From contig JAFGMC010000006.1 in assembly GCA_016927735.1 (NCBI GenBank), positions 116,026-180,025 on the forward strand: a stretch of 64,000 bases of DNA. The letters are read 5' to 3'. The first letter of the stretch is position 1. Every line of letters starts with the position of its first letter. Under the pieces are notes generated by a model. That model saw nothing but the letters and a program-made list of their open reading frames with translations, searched no databases and was not told the origin of the DNA. A program made the translations under genes and the position numbers. Shown piece by piece: positions 46,350 through 54,559 of the stretch. The stretch comes from Alphaproteobacteria bacterium (GTDB taxonomy: Bacteria; Pseudomonadota; Alphaproteobacteria; Rs-D84).

Positions 46350-47054
46350 TTACAAGGCTTTCCCATTAGTTGCAATTAATTCAGAATCCATTGTGATTTT
46401 TCCCCCAGCCTCTATTATCAACAGTTCACCGGCTGCAATCTCGGCATAATCCAAAGGATCAGAAACATAAGCATCAAATTTTCCAGCGGCAACCCATGCC
46501 AAATCCAAAGCTGGACACCCAGTAATTCTTGGATTTGCGCCAACCATTTGATTATTACCACTGACATTATAACCAATTGTTAGGTCTGACTTTTCAGATA
46601 AATTTGAAACTTTTATTCTTGAAGAATGGTATGTAGAAAACATGTATGCCCCATACCCTTTTTCCGCATAGTATAACTTTTCATCTATTGGGGAATAAAT
46701 CATTGCAATTTTTGTTTCGTCCATAGAACGCAATGCAACAGATATTGCAAAATGCGGATTAGCGCGAACAAAATTCACAGCACCAGAAAGTGATAGAACA
46801 AATTCATCGCGTCCTTCACCTGGTCTTGAAACATTTGGTGTTAACAAACCAGCTGTTGGACGAACCAATAACAGATCTGATAAAATACTTTCTTCGATAC
46901 GTTTCGACGCCTTTTGAACAAAGTCCTGGGCGCCACGCAAAGATTGTTGCAAGTTTTCTACTTCGCCAAAATCACGACGTAATCTACCTGCTGTTCGCTG
47001 CAAAGCAGCAAATATCTTATTCAACTCCGAAGAACCTTTGATCAAGACGTCCAT
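46350..47054 (-). CDS. suhB: Inositol monophosphatase/SuhB-family protein with degenerate metal-binding motifs
   Basis: It aligns by eye to E. coli SuhB (DFVQKASKRIE.., NFVRANPHFAISVAL, PALDLAWVAAGKFDAYV, AAGELLIIEAGG). However, DPLDGT is replaced by LSLSGA and the upstream EES by PNV. Confidence 0.7.
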   Translation of the reverse strand: MDVLIKGSSELNKIFAALQRTAGRLRRDFGEVENLQQSLRGAQDFVQKASKRIEESILSDLLLVRPTAGLLTPNVSRPGEGRDEFVLSLSGAVNFVRANPHFAISVALRSMDETKIAMIYSPIDEKLYYAEKGYGAYMFSTYHSSRIKVSNLSEKSDLTIGYNVSGNNQMVGANPRITGCPALDLAWVAAGKFDAYVSDPLDYAEIAAGELLIIEAGGKITMDSELIATNGKAL

Positions 47055-47085
47055 GTTTATATTCCAATATAAAAAAGTTCAGTTA

Positions 47086-47298
47086 TTAAAACTTGAATCC
47101 GTCAAATTTCTTCTTGAAATCAGCAGCGCGTTGACCCTTATCACCAGTGTTGCTGCGTTGACCTGTCCAAGCAGAATGATTTAAATTATCAGTAGATAAA
47201 ACCATATCTTTCTTAACAGAAGAATACATTTTTATAATTTTACCATCTGTCGTTGTTACATTGATTTCATGGTATGTTGGATGAATATCTTTCTTCAT
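47086..47298 (-). CDS. rpmE: 50S ribosomal protein L31
   Basis: MKKDIHPTYHEINVT...HSAWTGQ... is the L31 consensus. No CxxC zinc motif is present. Confidence 0.9.
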   Translation of the reverse strand: MKKDIHPTYHEINVTTTDGKIIKMYSSVKKDMVLSTDNLNHSAWTGQRSNTGDKGQRAADFKKKFDGFKF

Positions 47299-47388
47299 TT
47301 TTTTAGCCTTTTATTTAGCGCACCGATTATACAAGTATTTTTCAGGAAATCAAGGATAAATAAGGGAAAAACAGAAAGAAACAAAAAC

Positions 47389-47898
47389 TTAATAACGACC
47401 AATGCATCCAAGATAAGAATTTCCGGTAGATTCCAACACATTTATAAATTGTGTTTGATTTTTACCAGAAAACAAAGCAATTATTGTCCCCGCATCAGTC
47501 GCCAACATATCGGCAACAGTTGCAATAGAAGAATTCATTTTTTTAAAAAAACCGCTGGCTGGGTATATTTCTGCGGCCAATAACTGGTTTTGACCTTTTT
47601 TAACAGGCTCTGAACCAATTTCAATTGCCATCAATTGGCATTCTGGGGAAATTATTATTTTATCAGTCACAGATGCATTACCACCCAATAACTCGCCCCA
47701 CCAGCCTGTTGATTCGCAAAATACAGGATAGTACAAAACGCTTTCTGGGTTTTTGGAGAGCAATTCAATAACATCAATATCACCACTGACAACCTCTGGC
47801 ATGATACCATGCATGGCACTTATCGTCTTGCGCGCCAACTGATATTCAGAATCACTGCTGGCTTTACGGGACCAATAAAGAATCGGAACTGACTTCAT
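47389..47898 (-). CDS. Hypothetical protein, 169 aa; possibly a divergent CinA/PncC-type domain
   Basis: FCESTGWWGELLGGNASV loosely resembles the AESCTGG..........GSS segment of PncC/CinA C-terminal domains. The size fits. This is weak. An extended -10 box, TGATATAAT, lies at 47907..47915, only 8 nt from the ATG. Confidence 0.3.
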   Translation of the reverse strand: MKSVPILYWSRKASSDSEYQLARKTISAMHGIMPEVVSGDIDVIELLSKNPESVLYYPVFCESTGWWGELLGGNASVTDKIIISPECQLMAIEIGSEPVKKGQNQLLAAEIYPASGFFKKMNSSIATVADMLATDAGTIIALFSGKNQTQFINVLESTGNSYLGCIGRY

Positions 47899-47966
47899 TG
47901 CTATGAATTATATCAGATTCGGACCCTTCAAAAAAGCCTCCTTTGAGAAATAAAATACTTGATTTT

Positions 47967-49274
47967 TTATTTTTTTACCGCACCACTAACGGATGTGTAC
48001 CATTTCTTGATATTTCCCCACACTTTATCTATATTATCTTTGGTGGTTTTATAATATGTATCTGGTATTTCCACATTTGCAAACAGTGTTTTTATTAATG
48101 TTGTTATCATTGCAATAAACATTGCAATAAACAATCCCATCAGAACAATTGTTATTAAACTATCATTATTCATCATCAGACCATCCATCAGAATTGTCGA
48201 ATCATTTTTTGCCAGCGCAGTTTGCAGTGCGGCCGCCCCCTGCCAATTTCCAAATACCGAATTTAAAAATATAATTGCAAACGAAACAAATACACCAATC
48301 ATCGCGATACCAGCAGTTCCTTTTATAACTTCATTTACAGTATCTTGAATGGATTTCGCGCCATTACCAGGTATGATTGACCAATCCTTGAATAACCAAC
48401 CCATTAAAAACATAGGCAACATTATTAAATTCATAGATAATTTTATAAATATCTCCAGAAAGTATAACGGTATCGGTAATAATGCAAAAAAGAACAATAC
48501 TAATATCAAAAGTCCAATAAAGAAAATTGGAATATTCGGAAAAAATGGCACATTCCATAAAATCTTGTGCATATATTGGGAATTAAATGACATATTCAAC
48601 ATTGTCCAACCAACTGTCATTCCCAAACCTGTCATTTGATGAACACCTGCCAACTCGCACGCCAAATTATGTCGCAATTTTGGTGAATATGCACCAGAAT
48701 TTGCAGCCGTACCATCTATTGAAATAGGATCTGCCAGGGCAGTTGCAACCACACATTCTGAAATTTTCTCGTTACCAGTCACAACCCTATTCAAAGATAA
48801 ACCCACATTAAATACAGGTTCTATAACCGCATTGGTTAATAAACGTGGTAATGGAAATGCCAACAAAGCTATAACAAAACCCAATTTTACAATATGTGTC
48901 CCAAAAATTCCTGCAATTGCCCATGGTTCTTCTGCCTTGTTTATTCCCAAATATCCAGATAACAATTTCCATGCAAACCAAACCGCTGTCAGCGCAATAC
49001 ACATCGGTATAATTGCATGACCAATTGCATTATACGCCCGTGGCAAGAGGTTTGACATTGTTGCCATAACGTCTGAAAACATCTGACATGACCAGCATGT
49101 CGAAAAGAAAGATAATGCATCCGCCATATTAACGGGGGCGACCGAACGATAAATAGAAAAACCGGCAATTACACCAATGCCTGCGATACCACCTATAACC
49201 AAAGGTGCAACTGCCCCTGCTGAAAAAGGCAAGAGAGATAAAAATACTATCCAAAACTTCTTTAATTTATTCAT
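47967..49274 (-). CDS. Polytopic membrane protein, paralogue 1 of 5 (VirB6/TrbL-like by architecture)
   Basis: 435 aa with a signal-like N-terminus and multiple TM spans. N-proximal CWSCQMFSDVM motif. A loop carries a Cys pair (ECVVAT...LACELAG). The C-terminal tail is DNIDKVWGNIKKWYTSVSGAVKK. It is divergent from the other four paralogues. Confidence 0.45.
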   Translation of the reverse strand: MNKLKKFWIVFLSLLPFSAGAVAPLVIGGIAGIGVIAGFSIYRSVAPVNMADALSFFSTCWSCQMFSDVMATMSNLLPRAYNAIGHAIIPMCIALTAVWFAWKLLSGYLGINKAEEPWAIAGIFGTHIVKLGFVIALLAFPLPRLLTNAVIEPVFNVGLSLNRVVTGNEKISECVVATALADPISIDGTAANSGAYSPKLRHNLACELAGVHQMTGLGMTVGWTMLNMSFNSQYMHKILWNVPFFPNIPIFFIGLLILVLFFFALLPIPLYFLEIFIKLSMNLIMLPMFLMGWLFKDWSIIPGNGAKSIQDTVNEVIKGTAGIAMIGVFVSFAIIFLNSVFGNWQGAAALQTALAKNDSTILMDGLMMNNDSLITIVLMGLFIAMFIAMITTLIKTLFANVEIPDTYYKTTKDNIDKVWGNIKKWYTSVSGAVKK

Positions 49275-49282
49275 TGGCTTTA

Positions 49283-49291
49283 ATTATATCA
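49283..49291 (-). promoter_or_regulatory. Extended -10 box TGATATAAT, 8 nt upstream of the paralogue-1 ATG
   Basis: The minus strand reads TGATATAAT-TAAAGCCA-ATG. No Shine-Dalgarno lies between. Confidence 0.4.
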
Positions 49292-49311
49292 TAAAAAGTT
49301 CATTGATTTTA

Positions 49312-49320
49312 TGGTATAAT
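49312..49320 (+). promoter_or_regulatory. Extended -10 box TGGTATAAT, 7 nt upstream of the paralogue-2 ATG
   Basis: The plus strand reads TGGTATAAT-TCTGTTC-ATG. No Shine-Dalgarno lies between. Confidence 0.4.
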
Positions 49321-49327
49321 TCTGTTC

Positions 49328-50587
49328 ATGAAGAAACTATTCTTTGCTGTTTTTTGCGCTTTATTATTTATCGTCCCCGCGCACGCCAGTTGGGGAATTG
49401 TAGACAGTTTGAATCTGGCGCCATTCGTCCCAATTGTTTTGGATGCGTTAATGTCAGTCGCAACGGGCAGTTATGAATTCTTTGTTGGTAATGGTACTGG
49501 TATTATTTATGTTTTTATCTGGGGTATTTTGGGTGTATCAATTGGTTTATACTTGGTTAAGATGTATTTTCCAAAATCTTGGTTGGGCTTCTTTGGTTTC
49601 AAGGGTGGTGGCGAAATGTGGGAAGGTAAAACCAGTGGTATGCAGATAACTGAAAAATTATTAAAAGATGCAATGCGTGCAATCATTGCTGCGACAATTT
49701 TATTGCAAATAAAACCTATTTATGTGACGGACTGGATTGTTAACCCTTTCTTGCGTTTTGGCGCAATTTATACAGAGAATATTACCGACAGTATAAATAT
49801 AAATGGCCAAAGTGCTAAAAAAATAAAATGTCCTAAATCAATTATTGAGAAAGGATGGATATCCGAAGACAGTTGCAACTTCTTGGTACAACCAGTATCT
49901 GTTTTATCAAATGCTAATAATCAAATTATAAAACGTGGTTTTGAATTTATAAATCGCGGATTAATTGGATTAATGACACTTGTACCACATGGTGGTGAAG
50001 ATTTTTTAAATTTACTGACCGGAATATTTTTGGTTTTTTCATTTGTATCCAGTAACTTTTTTATGGCTTTGCTTATCATACAGGGAATTTTTAATTTCGG
50101 AATGTCTCTGATTTTGTATCCTTTTCAGGTTTTAACATGGGTTGCAAAACCGAAGAATCCTGATAAATGGTTGGATTTCTGGCCTCCATTCGAAGGTATA
50201 ATTAAATCGTTACAACAATTGGTTATAACGATGATTGCGTGTTCTTTTATATTAGTGATTAACATTGCAATAATCCGGGCACTATTTCAGTGGAACAGCT
50301 CTGTATTCGTTGTGGCTGCTGGTGGGAGCGCAACCAGCAATGTTCCAACTGTTACAAACAGTGTAATGGGATTTGGACAGCATTCTATTTTATGGTTATC
50401 AACAATACTGACGTTTTATTTGATGTACAGAATATTTGATATGACACGCGATATGTTAAAGAAATATGCACCAGGTATGGATGGTTTGTATAACAAAGTC
50501 AAAGACGATCCAAAGAAAATTTTGGGAAATATTAAAAATCTTGGTTCCAAAATTGGAACTGCTGCGGGATGGATAAAAAAGAAATGA
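49328..50587 (+). CDS. Polytopic membrane protein, paralogue 2 of 5 (VirB6/TrbL-like by architecture)
   Basis: 419 aa. Signal peptide MKKLFFAVFCALLFIVPAHA. A loop carries a Cys pair (IKCPKS...DSCNFLVQP). The tail is DDPKKILGNIKNLGSKIGTAAGWIKKK. Confidence 0.45.
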   Translation: MKKLFFAVFCALLFIVPAHASWGIVDSLNLAPFVPIVLDALMSVATGSYEFFVGNGTGIIYVFIWGILGVSIGLYLVKMYFPKSWLGFFGFKGGGEMWEGKTSGMQITEKLLKDAMRAIIAATILLQIKPIYVTDWIVNPFLRFGAIYTENITDSININGQSAKKIKCPKSIIEKGWISEDSCNFLVQPVSVLSNANNQIIKRGFEFINRGLIGLMTLVPHGGEDFLNLLTGIFLVFSFVSSNFFMALLIIQGIFNFGMSLILYPFQVLTWVAKPKNPDKWLDFWPPFEGIIKSLQQLVITMIACSFILVINIAIIRALFQWNSSVFVVAAGGSATSNVPTVTNSVMGFGQHSILWLSTILTFYLMYRIFDMTRDMLKKYAPGMDGLYNKVKDDPKKILGNIKNLGSKIGTAAGWIKKK

Positions 50588-51774
50588 ACGGATGGATAAA
50601 CCCTTTGGTTGATGGATCTGTGCAGTGTTGGGGCTGCCCTATTTTCGACAGATTATTCCAGGTAATTTCATCAGCTGCGGGGGCAATTTATCGTCAATTT
50701 ACTTTATTTTGCATTTTAATATTTTGTCTAATTTTAGCATTTTATATTTTGAATACTGTTTGGAAGAATATCAAAGGTGGTGTGGAAGATCCTATGTATC
50801 AAAAATCTATCAAGCCTGTTTTAATTAATTCGCTTTTTGTTTTTGTTTTGCTGGGTCTGGGTTTATATCTGCCACGATTTATTTCAACCGTCACATTTGA
50901 ACCAGCAGCACAGATAACATTGACCTATACACAAAGTATGATAAATACGAATAATGAAATTGTGAATCAAAAGGTCACCTATCAACCACAACCAATGGAT
51001 GAAAATGGGTTTTATCGACCACAATTACGCGACACAATTATTATGTTAATGAAGACAACAATAACCCAATTCCAGTCATATATAAAATTAGGTGTTGCGA
51101 TTATGGACAAGGCTTTTTCTTGGTCAGCCCTTACAGGTATTGGCGCATTGGTGAAACATATTTTAATATTTGCGATGGGACTGTTCTTGGTCTATGGCTT
51201 TTTCAAAATATTCATAAAGTTTTGCTTTTATTTTGTAGATATTATTGTGGCAATGACATTCTTTGCATTCTTTTTTCCATTATCACTGGTAATGTTTGTG
51301 TTTAAGAATTCTGATGCACCAGATTGGATAAAATCCATTGGATCTGGATTGGGCGCGGATCAGTTTAAGAAAATTATAAATGCAATTATTTCACTGGCTT
51401 CTGCGGTTTTGACCTATACAGTTATAATGGTCATAATTGCAAAATTCTTCTCTGGTGATGGGGTATCAACAACTGACTTGATGCAGATGATAACCATTGG
51501 GGAAATATTTGCTGGTGCATTGTCTTATGATAACTTGGCAATGATGACAATTACCGGGTGCATTGTTTTGATATACGTTATTGACTTCTTGGCTGGTCAG
51601 GTACCAAAGGTCACAGAAATGGTTATGTCTGCATTTGATGTCAAAGAAGAAAAATCACTGAGTGAGGAAATGGGTAATAATGCATTAAAATTAACAACTA
51701 ATATTGCAAACACTTTAAAAAATATCGGGAAAACTGTTATTGATGGTGGAAAGAAAGAAGAAAAGAAAAAATAA
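50584..51774 (+). CDS. Polytopic membrane protein, paralogue 3 of 5 (VirB6/TrbL-like by architecture)
   Basis: The start is taken at MNGWINP, forming an ATGA overlap with the upstream stop; the ORF is open from 50569. CWGCPIFDRLF motif and multiple TM spans. The tail is LKNIGKTVIDGGKKEEKKK. Confidence 0.45.
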   Translation: MNGWINPLVDGSVQCWGCPIFDRLFQVISSAAGAIYRQFTLFCILIFCLILAFYILNTVWKNIKGGVEDPMYQKSIKPVLINSLFVFVLLGLGLYLPRFISTVTFEPAAQITLTYTQSMINTNNEIVNQKVTYQPQPMDENGFYRPQLRDTIIMLMKTTITQFQSYIKLGVAIMDKAFSWSALTGIGALVKHILIFAMGLFLVYGFFKIFIKFCFYFVDIIVAMTFFAFFFPLSLVMFVFKNSDAPDWIKSIGSGLGADQFKKIINAIISLASAVLTYTVIMVIIAKFFSGDGVSTTDLMQMITIGEIFAGALSYDNLAMMTITGCIVLIYVIDFLAGQVPKVTEMVMSAFDVKEEKSLSEEMGNNALKLTTNIANTLKNIGKTVIDGGKKEEKKK

Positions 51775-53205
51775 ATGCTGAAAGCAAAACTGATTCAAAT
51801 TGCTGTAAAATTTATTATGGGCGCAATTGCGTTGGGTGTTGGTATTTGGTATTTATCATCTTCTATTGGTGGTGCCAGTATAGGATACACCAGCCTGAAT
51901 AGTTTTCTTTCTGCAATTGGTGTTCAAAATGGCGATATTGCCAGCGCAAATGGTTGTTTTTTGTGCGGATATATTGAAAAATTATTTGCAGCAATTGGAA
52001 ATGCGGCGGAAAACTTTTGGATCGCTATGGTGGATAATATTTGGATATTATTGGCGATTGGATTTGGAATATTCCTATTTTACACAACAATAATACATCT
52101 TTATGACGCTTCCAAAAAAAATGTTAGTTTAGATGAGTCTGAAAAAAAAATAGAATTCAAACCTTGGTTCGACAAAATTTGGAAACAAGGTGTACGTGTT
52201 ATGATGGCAGGTGCATTGTTGGGGATCTTGGGATTTGGTGGTACAATTGTTTTAAAACAAATCACAAATATTACAATAACCCCCGTTATGTTCGTTGGCG
52301 CAGAATTATCAATGGCGGCAACTGGGGTTTCTGATTCTGCCCAATGTGGAACATCAATCCAGAATGATGATATTTTAAATCCTGTTTTAAAACCTTTTAT
52401 GTGTGTGGTTGGAAATTTAAACACCGTAATGCTGGCAGGGGCCGCCGGTGGATTTTCATTAATGAATTATTCCTGGATGGGTATGGGTGGTGGTTTGTTC
52501 ACATGGCTTGCAGGATTGGCACTGGTCATAATGTTTTTGGTTATTGGATTTAATTTATTCTTTGACATTTTATCTGTTATTTTCAAACTGGTATTTTTAA
52601 TAATATTCTTGCCGCTTATTATCGCAGCGGGTGCATTTGAAGGAACATGGGGATTGGCGAACGGTGTTGTTTCTAATTCAATAAATATGCTGGTAAAATC
52701 CGCCATCAGAATTGTCGCAATAGCACTGAAGATATTAATAACCTATGCGATTGTATCTTTTGCAGCCGATGAATATTTCCCAGGACCCAATGATGGTTAT
52801 AATGCGATACTGCCACCACTTGTTACCGAGAAATCACAAAAAATGAATGACCAAGCATTATCTGTTATGTCAGTATTTTCAAATTGTGAAAAGGTATCAA
52901 TTGTAAATGGTGCGGTAGATAAAGAATTATTCAAGAATTGTTTTACCGCCAATCGCGCCCAGGTAGAACGCAGATATCCCGGGGCATTTGATTTTATGGG
53001 AAATGGGTTTGAATTTTTATTATTATGGTTTGGTATATTCTTTTTATATTTCTATGTAATGTCCCAAAAAATTGATACTTTGTTGGGTAAAGATAGCAAG
53101 GAAGAATTTGATTATGGTAATTGGATCAAAGACCTTGGAAAACGCATCTGGGGTGCACCAGCACAAATTACTGAACAAATCACAAAAGCAACGGAGAAGA
53201 AATGA
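51775..53205 (+). CDS. Polytopic membrane protein, paralogue 4 of 5 (VirB6/TrbL-like by architecture)
   Basis: 476 aa. It starts immediately after the upstream TAA. CFLCGYIEKLF motif. A loop carries a Cys pair (AQCGTS...PFMCVVGN). The tail is NWIKDLGKRIWGAPAQITEQITKATEKK. Confidence 0.45.
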   Translation: MLKAKLIQIAVKFIMGAIALGVGIWYLSSSIGGASIGYTSLNSFLSAIGVQNGDIASANGCFLCGYIEKLFAAIGNAAENFWIAMVDNIWILLAIGFGIFLFYTTIIHLYDASKKNVSLDESEKKIEFKPWFDKIWKQGVRVMMAGALLGILGFGGTIVLKQITNITITPVMFVGAELSMAATGVSDSAQCGTSIQNDDILNPVLKPFMCVVGNLNTVMLAGAAGGFSLMNYSWMGMGGGLFTWLAGLALVIMFLVIGFNLFFDILSVIFKLVFLIIFLPLIIAAGAFEGTWGLANGVVSNSINMLVKSAIRIVAIALKILITYAIVSFAADEYFPGPNDGYNAILPPLVTEKSQKMNDQALSVMSVFSNCEKVSIVNGAVDKELFKNCFTANRAQVERRYPGAFDFMGNGFEFLLLWFGIFFLYFYVMSQKIDTLLGKDSKEEFDYGNWIKDLGKRIWGAPAQITEQITKATEKK

Positions 53206-54557
53206 TAAAAAAATTTCTTGTTCTTTGTTGTTTATTGTTTGCTTTTACCAGCAATGTTTTTGCTGCTTCAAATATTCCAAGTGGTGATGTCGGGAATTTT
53301 GGCGCATGGGCAACCGAACATAACCGTGAATTATTTGTAAATAATCTGACTGATGATATTTCAGCATTTCAAGCCGGATTCCAAAAAAATGTCCTGGTCA
53401 AAGATTATGTACCAATTGAGGCAAAAGTGGGGCTGGCATTTATGGGTGGAATGTCAATGGTCGGTGGTGTATTGGAACGTTCACTGGTCAGATTTATCAG
53501 TATATTCTTGATTGTAATGTTTGTATTCTGGGTTATGTTAGAGGCCTATCAAATGATGAAGGCGACACAAAAATCACGTGAATTAATCGAAGAAATAATC
53601 AAGAAAGCTGTTTTAATTACAATATGGATTTGGATAATTCAACAAGGTCCAGCGCAACTGTTTATGTGGATTATGGGACCTGTTATAACCATTGGAACAT
53701 ACTTGTCCGATTTAATTTTAAATTCGATTACATCAACGGCCGGGGTTTCACTGCCAGACACTTGCACAGCGATACATAACTATGTTGCAAACACACCTTC
53801 AAGTTATGCGATTTTGGATTCAACACAAACAGCAAACCTGCTTTGTGTTCCAACACGTCTTTCCGGATTCTTTTATACAGCAGTTGCAATGGGTTGGAAA
53901 TGGATATTGGTAGGAATTGGTACCAGCGCATTTACATTTGCGGCGGGGGCAACATTTGTTGTGTTGTTTATTTATAATATTTGGAAGTTTGCACTGATGG
54001 CATTTTCTGTAATTGCAGATTTATTCCTGGGGATAATGATGTTGCCATTCACCGCAATTGCTCAATGCTTTGGTGGAAAATCATCAACAAACACTCCTTT
54101 TGGTGCGCCGCTGGATGCACTTGGAAGCGGTGGCAATGGCAAGACAACATATGATGGTTATGCGGGTAAAATATTTAATGGATTCTTGGACTTATTTAAT
54201 ACAAAGAATTTTTCACTGGATGCACAAATAAAAAGATTTATAAACGCGATGATTTATTTTGTATCACTGTCAATTGTGATTGCATTATGTGCCGCGATAT
54301 TATCTGGTGTTGTGGATGTTGATATAGCGACACAAATTCCAACATTGAAAAATGATAGTTTTATGACAGTATTAATTGTCGGTTTTCTTGTTACATATTT
54401 GGCATCAACGGCTGGTGATATTGCAAAGAACATTGGTGGAAATATTGATGGATCAAAAGAATTTACAAAATTCGGTGATGATATTAAAAAGCTTTGGGGA
54501 AATACAACCAAGACCGCACAGGATTGGTACAAGGCTGCCCGTGGTGGAAAGAAATAG
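53202..54557 (+). CDS. Polytopic membrane protein, paralogue 5 of 5 (VirB6/TrbL-like by architecture)
   Basis: 451 aa with an ATGA overlap with the upstream gene. Signal peptide ..FTSNVFA. A loop carries a Cys pair (DTCTAIH...LLCVPTRL). The tail is DDIKKLWGNTTKTAQDWYKAARGGKK. Confidence 0.45.
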   Translation: MIKKFLVLCCLLFAFTSNVFAASNIPSGDVGNFGAWATEHNRELFVNNLTDDISAFQAGFQKNVLVKDYVPIEAKVGLAFMGGMSMVGGVLERSLVRFISIFLIVMFVFWVMLEAYQMMKATQKSRELIEEIIKKAVLITIWIWIIQQGPAQLFMWIMGPVITIGTYLSDLILNSITSTAGVSLPDTCTAIHNYVANTPSSYAILDSTQTANLLCVPTRLSGFFYTAVAMGWKWILVGIGTSAFTFAAGATFVVLFIYNIWKFALMAFSVIADLFLGIMMLPFTAIAQCFGGKSSTNTPFGAPLDALGSGGNGKTTYDGYAGKIFNGFLDLFNTKNFSLDAQIKRFINAMIYFVSLSIVIALCAAILSGVVDVDIATQIPTLKNDSFMTVLIVGFLVTYLASTAGDIAKNIGGNIDGSKEFTKFGDDIKKLWGNTTKTAQDWYKAARGGKK

Positions 54558-54559
54558 TT

